From: Botryllus schlosseri
Taxonomy: Eukaryota
Length of the DNA: 64,000 nucleotides
Assembly: GCA_051294905.1 (NCBI GenBank)
Contig: CM119371.1
Location: forward strand, 31,250,001-31,314,000
Reading direction: 5' to 3'
The position numbers were made by a program, and so were the translations under genes. Positions 60,401-64,000 of the stretch are shown in pieces; the first letter of the stretch is position 1; each line of letters begins with the position of its first letter. Below the pieces are notes generated by a model, which was given only the letters and a program-made list of their open reading frames with translations, was not told the DNA's origin and made no database searches.

Positions 60401-63155
60401 GGGATCGGATACTATAGCTATTTTAGCATTGTCTAAAGATTCTTGAAAATCCGTTAACAGTTACAATTCTCTGCCGATGAGGAGAAGAAATTAGGTGATG
60501 ATTGCAAAATAGTAAACCGGTTTATATGTCAGTATGAGACGTAAGCGTTAGTAGAGTGTAATTACGACAGGGTGACTGTCCGGTAGTTTTTGGATCAAAT
60601 AACTACCGTTGAGTAACAAGTCATTTCGAGTCACCGCAAATTTTGACTGGAGTCACGTCATGTCGTTTCCAGTAATTGCCGAGCTAGTCACGAGCCGAGC
60701 AAATTTTTAACGTCACGCGAATCAAGAAATTCATCTGGATATTTCCGATATCGAGCCAATATGAAGTAAACAAATATTTGCAGTTTGTATCGTTTCGATA
60801 TTGTTCAGATGGAGATACATGTGCAAGTTGGCTAGACCAATGCTCTTCAACCGGGTGTATCGTACACCCTCAAGGGCAGAGGTGGACAACCTACGACCCG
60901 CATGCCTCATGTGACACTCAACACGGTTTTGTTTGACCTGCGAAAGCCACAAACGTAGTAAAAATATTTATAAAATGCGTAATAAAAACCAAATTACTGT
61001 GGGAACTTGATTAAACATTTTTCCTAATATATTCCATCATGATAATGATAAGTTATATCCTTACTATAGTATTTCTTTATTTCATTGATGGCTCGATAGC
61101 CCGACCTCGAGGACCATGCATTTTGATAGTTTTCAATTGCTAAACATAACAGAAAGAGAAGCGTAAATGACTTAATTTGGACTACGGGTGTGATTTTAGA
61201 TTGGCATCACGAGCAGGTTTGTTACTTTTAGTGCTGTATTTGGAAAAAAACGATTCGCGAGTGTGGTAGATAGATTGGTTCTTTGTGTGTATAGAAGTAC
61301 TTATATTTATAACATACACATTTATATATATGCGTTTTTAAAGGTAACACGATTATGATGCTTTCAGCATCGTGTGTCCTGGAGTTGAACCAAAAGTGCA
61401 AACAGCAAATTTATGAACAGATCGCTGCTCACAGACTCAAATTTACAGCCAGTTCTCAGAATAGGGACAACCGACTTTCATCCCTAATGTGACAATGAAG
61501 GCGACCAACTTATAAATCCTAGTCCGTATTTCTCACGCGTGTCCGTTATCGTCAAATCAACGTTGGGTTTGTTTTAAATGTACAAATACGTATGTCTTAT
61601 TTCCATGTCGTCGGTCACTCTATCATGAAAAAACATTATTGAATTTTGGCTTAGCATCGCAATTTCACATATAGTGTGGCCCGCGAATGAATTCAAATGT
61701 TGAATACGGCCCGCGAGCTGAACAGTTTGCCCGCCACTACTCTAGCCTGCACCATATCCCGAGTGTCCTTGCATTATGATCCCCACCGTACAAATGCGAA
61801 ACGCAGAGGAATGTGATGCGCCGCATAAAGAAATGCCAAGTTGGAATCGCAATCGTCTCACAAATGCCGGGTTTTCTGGTACGTTTAGTCGATTCCAATA
61901 TATTTTGACTATACCTACAATCCTGATAAGAGGTCAAGAAATAACAAAATGCAACAAAGGGAATTTTTAAAAACAGAAGCTGCATCATCATTAATTTTGT
62001 GGTCAATATTTTCGAAGACACGTGCCCCATCATTTCTACCAGTTAATCCTATCACGTGGGCTGAGAATGGATAGATATTGGAGAGTAATATCTGAAACTT
62101 TAAATATTATCGACAAAATTAAATACCAGAGTCGAAATTGTTTTGGGCTGTGCGAGACCATGCAGGCAAGGTATATCTCATAAAGATCGTGATGGCACAC
62201 AACACCACGAGGGCTCTCCGCGGTGCGAAATTCGCAGTAGCCAATTTAACACCAATATTTGGTGTCCTGATGGACCATGACGACTCTACACTGGAATGCG
62301 ACCGTATGTTATATGTGTTATCGAAATGCGGCCATGAATTAGGTTAAGCACCCTTGGATTAGGCTTACTACAGAGGCTGATGATATTGCTAACGGGGTGT
62401 AGTGCATGCAAAATAATAAAATTGTATCATTCGATGTAACCAACGTTATTGACTGAAATGCGGATGGCAATTGAGGTAATTCCAACTCTAATTTTTTTCT
62501 TAGATAGCGGTACTGACGGACTTAACCATAACGAGAACCTAAACAACAATTGAATGCAACAAACGTATACAAGACGGGTTCATTGTCAGTGACTCTCAAG
62601 GTTCGAGAGGATTTTCTCAGTAGTAGATTTGATGACTTTAGATAATTGAATCGAAAAAAGTTGCCTCCGAATCACGAAACGTTCCATATTTATCATACGT
62701 CGAGACCGAGCTAAATCCAATTCGAGTCAAATCAGGTCCCTGGAAAAATGACTCGAGTAATCCCAAAACTGCTGTCATGTCGATCACGTGTTGTGTAGCT
62801 ATATACATCGATATACTAAAAAAAGCTTCTCATTGACACAAAAAAATTTTTACCATCACAAAGTATTTCTTCTTGTGAGACAAGAGTCAACGGTAAAACG
62901 CAAATAAACGATTTCCCTCGGCCTCGACAAAACGTAGTGTCGCGATCATACGATCCGTTGGATCTCTTCAGCGGTGGTTCGTCTGATCCATCACTTAACA
63001 TTTAGATACAGTGAATGTAAAGGGATAAGACTCTTATATAGTTCAATACCCAATCTATACCTACATGCAATCTGGTTTGCCATCACAGAAAGAAAATATT
63101 GGGATGCATTTCGCGCCATCAAAGCAGGAAAACTCATCGTCTTTGCATGACACAC
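287..63155 (-). CDS. Partial multi-exon gene: LDLa-repeat G-protein-coupled receptor (GRL101/RXFP/LGR-like 7TM, no LRR); 22 exons in window, 5' end and TM7 outside window
   Basis: Manual splicing gives a continuous frame with canonical GT-AG sites, using either the +8 donor of exon A3 or only one of A3/A4. It contains repeated CxxxxFxCxDGxxCIxxxxxCDGxxDCxDGSDE modules, then TM1 (ILALSWIISLGAIVG), TM2 (LILSLSFSDLLVGIY), ECL1 WRSSSTC, TM3 (HRLYSV), TM4 (ISWVVSILLGIIP), ECL2 GYYSSHGVCLP, TM5 and TM6 (IVISDFLCWIPICII). Confidence 0.9.
571..789 (-). CDS. GPCR exon: ECL2 (FGYYSSHGVCLP) and TM5
   Basis: Acceptor TTTGCAG, donor AG|GTAAGT. Confidence 0.92.
850..951 (-). CDS. GPCR exon (102 nt): ECL2 insertion, FNENRIFKVVNYHDIQYMDKWLSLIQTTPQPQD
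   Basis: Acceptor TTATAG, donor GG|GTACGT; open, symmetric phase 2-2; 60-nt downstream intron. Confidence 0.75.
1242..2664 (+). mobile_element. Decayed Chapaev3-like (CMC) DNA transposon with C-terminal transposase remnant
   Basis: Ends CACTGGTCA...TGTTGACCAGTG. About 1860-2150 translates, with stops and frameshifts, to ERFHKDIKT..ERY*GR*..MADHCWNLLR, matching my recollection of the Chapaev3 GERFHQD...ADYCW motif. Confidence 0.55.
1249..1396. repeat. Short foldback (palindromic MITE-like), ~58-bp arms
   Basis: CAGCAATCTTG...GAACAAGAGCCAGATCTGGAA is mirrored by TTCCAGATTGGCTCTTGTTC...CAAGATTGCTG. Confidence 0.75.
2843..2968 (-). CDS. GPCR exon (126 nt): ICL2-TM4, PLSRPSMAAATMAVIISWVVSILLGIIPLIPHIEDYFVSSV
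   Basis: Acceptor TTTGCAG, donor GC|GTAAGC; frame not shown in the ORF track; phase 2->2. Confidence 0.9.
3586..7256. mobile_element. ISL2EU-like element nested in the hAT, with convergent YqaJ exonuclease (+) and THAP/HTH transposase (-) remnants
   Basis: Perfect TIR TGGGCTCGAAAGTCACGTGACTT flanked by AT on both sides. Plus strand: IDFKCPYS (~4795) and HKYF..QVQG.LCI (~4910). Minus strand: VPIC.N..SFHR..(W) THAP (~6920-7010) and WNVNILLMEDQVLLLLMTLLR HTH-like (~6420-6480). Confidence 0.75.
4220..4410 (+). mobile_element. tRNA-derived SINE fragment
   Basis: B-box GAGTTCGAATCC at 4237; core GTCGGAGGCTTATCTGGACTCC resembles GTTGGAGGTTTATCTAGGCTCC of the SINE at 53755; AAGC-repeat tail. Confidence 0.55.
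7495..9260 (+). pseudogene. Frameshifted Buster-type (ZBED5/ZBED8/SCAND3-like) hAT transposase
   Basis: RPSKLKLHL BED finger, IGETLIKP, FSIQLDE, GICTDNA, HCMIHRQALAS, RWLS, LAYLVDVF, STYLC..GFS; multiple stops and frameshifts. Confidence 0.92.
10799..10980 (-). CDS. GPCR exon: end of TM2, ECL1, TM3
   Basis: IYAFSI...YCQVDREWRSSSTCSALG...SEQSVFTMVIIASHRLYSVM; acceptor TTTCAG, donor AG|GTTTGT. Confidence 0.92.
11042..11199 (-). CDS. GPCR exon: TM1-ICL1-TM2
   Basis: LGAIVGCTGVIVITI...LILSLSFSDLLVG; acceptor TTCTCAG, donor |GTGAGT. Confidence 0.92.
11391..11604. repeat. Tandem duplication, 2 x 106 bp, near-identical
   Basis: ACGGATGTAAAATTGTTACATTTG... starts at 11391 and 11497. Confidence 0.95.
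12168..12297 (-). CDS. GPCR exon (130 nt): last LDLa, short hinge and start of TM1, VCDGIKDCKSGIDECQPGCVDSAFSDEKSMITGKAILALSWII
   Basis: Acceptor ATGCAG, donor A|GTAAGC. Confidence 0.9.
12357..12428 (+). mobile_element. 5'-truncated SINE/LINE tail, same family as 53755..54025
   Basis: ATATCGGCCTGGT.TA.ATGACCATAGTAGTCGACAAACACCATG.ATACCACAAAC shared with 53966-54025. Confidence 0.8.
12770..12856 (-). CDS. GPCR exon (87 nt): DCDNGSDEEGCSHFSCKDEGALQYISRDA
   Basis: Acceptor GTGCAG, donor |GTAAGA; LDLa. Confidence 0.9.
13201..15663. mobile_element. Non-autonomous hAT element, copy 1
   Basis: TIR CAGTGCTTTTCAACCT / AGGTGGAAAAGCACTG; TSD ATATATAT/ATCTATAT; homologous to 26519..28374. Confidence 0.8.
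14310..14896. mobile_element. GACTCGAGTC-rich hAT MITE (CAGGGTTGTAA family)
   Basis: TIR CAGGGTTGTAA / TTACAACCCCG; TSD GTTTATCC/GTCCATCC; empty site in the paralogous copy at ~27145. Confidence 0.88.
16144..16444. mobile_element. Charlie-type MITE (~300 bp)
   Basis: TIR CAGTGGTTCTCAACC; perfect TSD CGTTAGAG; sisters at 38774..39078 (inverted) and 56886..57183. Confidence 0.9.
16492..16555 (-). CDS. GPCR exon (64 nt): FNCTDKPIPSIPIEKKCDKQA
   Basis: Acceptor TTTACAG, donor |GTATGT; phase 2->0. Confidence 0.85.
17352..17459 (-). CDS. GPCR exon (108 nt): CRDIEDGSSLDLSLNMLCDGKSSCDGDADERGCNS (in-frame alternative acceptor gives start 17489)
   Basis: Acceptor CTTCAAAG, donor AG|GTGAAT; LDLa pattern. 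Confidence 0.82.
17700..17733 (-). ncRNA. Minimal type I hammerhead ribozyme in the Penelope pLTR
   Basis: ACCC CUGACGA GUGUCAGCC GAA AAUAUU C GGGU: stem I ACCC/GGGU, intact CUGANGA and GAAA core, palindromic stem III, UUC cleavage triplet. Confidence 0.8.
18569..20523. mobile_element. hAT non-autonomous element with GGAGTC-repeat subtermini, inserted in the Penelope ORF
   Basis: TIR CAGGGCTGTGGAGTCGG / CCGACTCAACAGCCCTG; TSD CCTATGAG/CCTATAAG. Confidence 0.88.
21843..24426. mobile_element. Charlie/Buster-type non-autonomous hAT with nested inserts
   Basis: TIR CAGGGGTCGG / CCGACCCCTG; TSD CTCTAGTC/CTCTAGTT. Confidence 0.8.
22349..23606 (+). mobile_element. Ac-type hAT deletion derivative
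   Basis: TIR TAGAGCCCGACCGAT; perfect TSD GTCATAAC; ATCGG subterminal repeats; FAHPLQLFVNDVL and RFPILA..VPSERL transposase remnants. Confidence 0.85.
24555..24852 (-). CDS. GPCR exon (298 nt): ...CGDPIGRC...MCDGIPECEDFMDEECRCDTRAEFCQFIHEYYFDDRWLVFDYYDNP
   Basis: Acceptor CTTCAG, donor AT|GTGAGT; phase 1->2; divergent LDLa. Confidence 0.85.
25900..26420 (-). pseudogene. PIF/Harbinger transposase remnant
   Basis: GSLQ..NDFLKVSKPTVSKVLSAFC HTH-like segment, plus degenerate ADSA and ACxxLHN-like segments. Confidence 0.5.
26519..28374. mobile_element. Second, truncated copy of the 13201..15663 element
   Basis: Long colinear similarity to 13710-15663; ends AGGTTGAAAAGCACTG. Confidence 0.85.
27343..27710. 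mobile_element. Blackjack-like hAT MITE (GAGGAC subterminal repeats)
   Basis: TIR TAGGCTTACCATA; perfect TSD TATTAACA; empty site in copy 1 at ~15090. Confidence 0.88.
29330..29555 (-). pseudogene. THAP zinc-finger remnant from a DNA transposon (P/Kolobok/Harbinger-like)
   Basis: NCAIPGC...RRWRR...AEICENHFEESD..QLKMGALPKLNL with frameshifts; further THAP-like debris at ~29750-30050. Confidence 0.65.
31073..34262 (+). mobile_element. Chapaev3-like element with duplicated left end and a nested hAT
   Basis: Termini CACTGGTCAACA / TGTTGCCCAGTG with 3-bp TTA TSD; ~335-bp tandem duplication of the left end (31073 and ~31408); degenerate PVxH..IP transposase remnant at ~32220. Confidence 0.7.
32770..34035 (-). 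mobile_element. Blackjack-type hAT deletion derivative with N-terminal transposase remnant
   Basis: TIR CAGGGTTGCCAT; perfect TSD GCTATATA; ORF 32876..33400 AHCNICDCDI..H, AAAEG, FPDS.IA..F..KTK, FSILVDASNH. Confidence 0.88.
35314..35834 (-). mobile_element. Buster/SPIN-like hAT deletion derivative
   Basis: TIR CAGGGGCGGGCAACTT; TSD TCTTATGC/TCGTATGC; DSTYICEQTVSTMNINKTRLRS dimerisation-domain remnant. Confidence 0.88.
37142..38010. mobile_element. GACTCGAGTC/CAAGT-rich hAT MITE
   Basis: Ends CATATTGGGAT / ATCCCAACACTG; AGCCTAT duplicated on both sides; absent from the first copy of the duplication. Confidence 0.75.
38774..39078. mobile_element. Charlie-type MITE, inverted relative to the copies at 16144 and 56886
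   Basis: Reverse-complement similarity; TSD CCCTAAAG/CCCTAATG. Confidence 0.8.
39967..40013 (-). CDS. GPCR exon (47 nt): LDCPDGDDETHCMRK
   Basis: Acceptor ACCTAG, donor G|GTAAGT; completes LDLa DCxDGxDExxC. Confidence 0.88.
40484..40586 (-). CDS. GPCR exon (103 nt): TSVSGNSYLPSIRCGNGGFGSRILVNATRVCDNR
   Basis: Acceptor GTCACAG, donor AG|GTATAG; 61-nt upstream intron. Confidence 0.82.
40648..40806 (-). CDS. GPCR exon: RSDNKCFQCLSEPFVVLPISKLCDGVFDCRDLTDECLCPSTARPRLCDNVIW (alternative in-frame acceptor gives start 40824)
   Basis: LDLa motif CDGVFDCRDLTDEC; donor G|GTAAGT. Confidence 0.85.
40868..40903 (-). CDS. GPCR micro-exon (36 nt): IDECICPSDRK
   Basis: Acceptor CTTGCAG, donor T|GTAAGC; supplies the DEC end of the preceding LDLa module. 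Confidence 0.8.
41577..42394. mobile_element. Charlie-type MITE (GGCCCGC subtermini)
   Basis: TIR CAGGGTTGTCAAAC; inverted sister at 46942..47793. Confidence 0.8.
42520..43825. repeat. Diverged inverted repeat pair (~42520-42900 and ~43500-43825) of hAT-like debris
   Basis: AAAGTAGCTATCGAAGAGTGGGCGTG / CACGCCCACTCTTCGACAGCTACTTT with similarity continuing inward; EHTGRNIAK resembles the hAT HTGxNIA motif. Confidence 0.7.
43857..44853. mobile_element. Charlie-type hAT derivative
   Basis: TSD ATCTATAG/ATATATAG; inverted sister at 60877..61739. Confidence 0.7.
44995..45122 (-). CDS. GPCR exon B4 (128 nt): DGSDEFNLPETTDFTGRICHRWGRQCMIFDADICDGVSMCNY
   Basis: Acceptor TTTTTAG, donor A|GTGAGT; phase 2->1. 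Confidence 0.88.
46942..47793. mobile_element. Charlie-type MITE, inverted copy of 41577..42394
   Basis: Both ends are reverse complements of the ends of 41577..42394. Confidence 0.8.
48935..50492. mobile_element. Charlie-type element with GGGGGCG subterminal repeats
   Basis: TIR CAGTGGTTCTTAACCTT; perfect TSD ATGTAGAG. Confidence 0.9.
51485..51885. mobile_element. Charlie-type MITE with TCGCCCC repeats
   Basis: TIR CAGTGGTTCCCAAC; perfect TSD ATCTAGCC. Confidence 0.9.
53268..53358 (-). CDS. GPCR exon A4 (91 nt): SSCKANEFACANGKKCIPAEYFCNGITNC
   Basis: Acceptor TTTCCAG, donor GA|GTAAGT; not in the ORF track because it is short. Confidence 0.88.
53755..54025 (+). mobile_element. Full-length tRNA-derived SINE
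   Basis: A-box TAGCGCAGTGG, B-box GGTTCGATTCC, 3' stem-loop and (AAAC)n tail, TSD ACACCGA. Confidence 0.8.
54086..54341. mobile_element. hAT MITE with AAGTAG repeats
   Basis: TIR CAGAGGTGGTCA; perfect TSD GTATATAT. Confidence 0.88.
54682..54953 (+). mobile_element. 5'-truncated SINE-like retroposon
   Basis: 12-bp TSD ACATATCTACCC; tail stem-loop related to the 53755 SINE; (AAACC)n end. Confidence 0.75.
55355..55445 (-). CDS. GPCR exon A3 (91 nt; or 55347..55445 with a downstream donor): SACRDNEFPCLDGTICLLSRYFCDAIPQC
   Basis: Acceptor TTCTCAG; donors CC|GTATAG (phase 2) or G|GTAAAC (phase 1); LDLa Cys pattern. Confidence 0.8.
56886..57183. mobile_element. Charlie-type MITE, sister of 16144..16444
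   Basis: TIR CAGTGGTTCTCAACC; perfect TSD CTTCAAGT. Confidence 0.9.
57681..57835 (-). CDS. GPCR exon B2 (155 nt): DGSDEPTLRNSSENYGDEVTFCRSRERTNYNSRSICVLPLSHVPHVNTICA
   Basis: Acceptor CTTAAAG, donor G|GTAAGG; clear paralogy to B1 (DGSDEP..FC..CVLP..C). Confidence 0.88.
59034..59630. mobile_element. GACTCGAGTC-rich hAT MITE (CAGGGTTGTAA family)
   Basis: Perfect TIR and TSD ATAAGAAG; sister of 14310..14896. Confidence 0.92.
60022..60112 (-). CDS. GPCR exon A2 (91 nt): SSCSRDQFPCSDGSQCVAGRMYCNRRADC
   Basis: Acceptor TTCTAG, donor CT|GTACGT; same length and phase as A1. Confidence 0.9.
60877..61739. mobile_element. Charlie-type hAT derivative, inverted sister of 43857..44853
   Basis: 61370-61660 is reverse-complement similar to 43880-44170. 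Confidence 0.7.
62854..62993 (-). CDS. GPCR exon B1 (140 nt, phase 2->1): DGSDEPPLKRSNGSYDRDTTFCRGRGKSFICVLPLTLVSQEEILCD
   Basis: Acceptor GTTAAG, donor G|GTAAAA; completes the DGSDE motif of A1; paralogous to exon B2. Confidence 0.85.
63065..63155 (-). CDS. GPCR exon A1 (91 nt, phase 1->2): N-terminal part of LDLa, VSCKDDEFSCFDGAKCIPIFSFCDGKPDC
   Basis: Acceptor TTGACAG, donor AT|GTAGGT; LDLa Cys pattern. Confidence 0.9.
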
Positions 63156-63200
63156 CTGTCAACACAAATGCACCAAAACCATATCATCATGTACTATAGT

Positions 63201-63330
63201 CATATTTGGTGACATAATTGTTGATATACAATGTTCTATCTAATTCTCTACTAGTTGCTGACGATTACCCCGGACGAGTGTCAGCCAAAAATATTCGGGT
63301 TCATTTCAATATGAATATACTATTCTATTA
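63201..63330 (+). mobile_element. Solo Penelope pLTR fragment with mutated hammerhead
   Basis: Reverse-complement match to 17680-17800; core reads CGGACGA...AAAA instead of CUGACGA...GAAA. Confidence 0.85.
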
Positions 63331-63342
63331 TATGCTATGGTA

Positions 63343-64000
63343 CAGGGGTCACCAACCTTTTTTGCAACCAAGAGCTACTTTTTGGTTACTGATTGAAGCG
63401 ACGGGTTACCATTTACTCCTGAAGTTTACCCGTGCCAGACTGAATGTCGGCTTCGATATTCATGGCACTTGGCAGGAATATTATCACATTGCGGTAAGAG
63501 AGTCATTCAAATCAAAACATATTATGTCAACTAACTAGCCAATAAGGATTTTAGGAAATCATGAATTCTTCGCACCATGTTACAACAACAGTGAACTCAA
63601 ATTTTAAAATAAATCTTGTCACGCTTTAGACTGGACGTCATGTTACCTGTTTCTGCATCAGCCAGTGGGATGCCTGGCATTGCACGTTATCAACTAGTGC
63701 GCTATACTCTGGTATGTAACTTGACACTGCAACTCTGAGTGAGTGTTCAAGATGTGCATTAGTCAGGCGTGTTCTGTGTTTGTTTTTGATGAAGTGCACG
63801 TGCGTAAAGGATGATTCAAAACGATAAGTTGAACTAAACAGGCACCAAAAGTACGCTGTAGCCTGGTGGGCTTTGAGGTGGAGGTCATTCGGCAGTGTTA
63901 CAATTTCAATCTCCAACTGTTCAGCATCCAGACATGACAGATTTCATTATACCGGACAGCAGCAACGATTACAGAAAGTTAGAGACATAGGTACTGAACT
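63343..64000 (-). mobile_element. 3' end of a Buster/SPIN (GTF2IRD2-like) hAT
   Basis: TIR CAGGGGTCACCAACC; ORF 63638..63916 LFSSTYRFESSF..IKNKHRTRLTNAHLEHSLRVAVS..CQASH. Confidence 0.85.

Overview
AT-rich eukaryotic (metazoan, plausibly tunicate) genomic DNA. The whole window lies inside one minus-strand multi-exon gene. I can reconstruct 22 GT-AG exons between 63155 and 287. They encode about 11 LDL-receptor class A (LDLa)-like Cys-rich modules joined directly to a rhodopsin-class 7TM domain of the GRL101/RXFP/LGR type (TM1-TM6 visible), with no leucine-rich repeats in between. The start codon and TM7 lie outside the window. All junctions are phase-compatible except one. The N-terminal part is built from repeated 91-nt 'A' exons and 128-155-nt 'B' exons, and one B exon is missing between two A exons, which points to mutually exclusive or alternative-donor splicing. 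The introns are packed with nested, decayed transposons: Buster-, Ac- and Blackjack-type hATs and MITEs with 8-bp TSDs, an ISL2EU-like element (THAP/HTH plus YqaJ), Chapaev3-like elements, Harbinger and THAP remnants, tRNA-derived SINEs, and a Penelope-like retroelement (RT plus GIY-YIG). The Penelope terminal repeat carries an intact minimal hammerhead ribozyme in the host-sense direction. All calls were made by eye from the sequence; no database searches were run.
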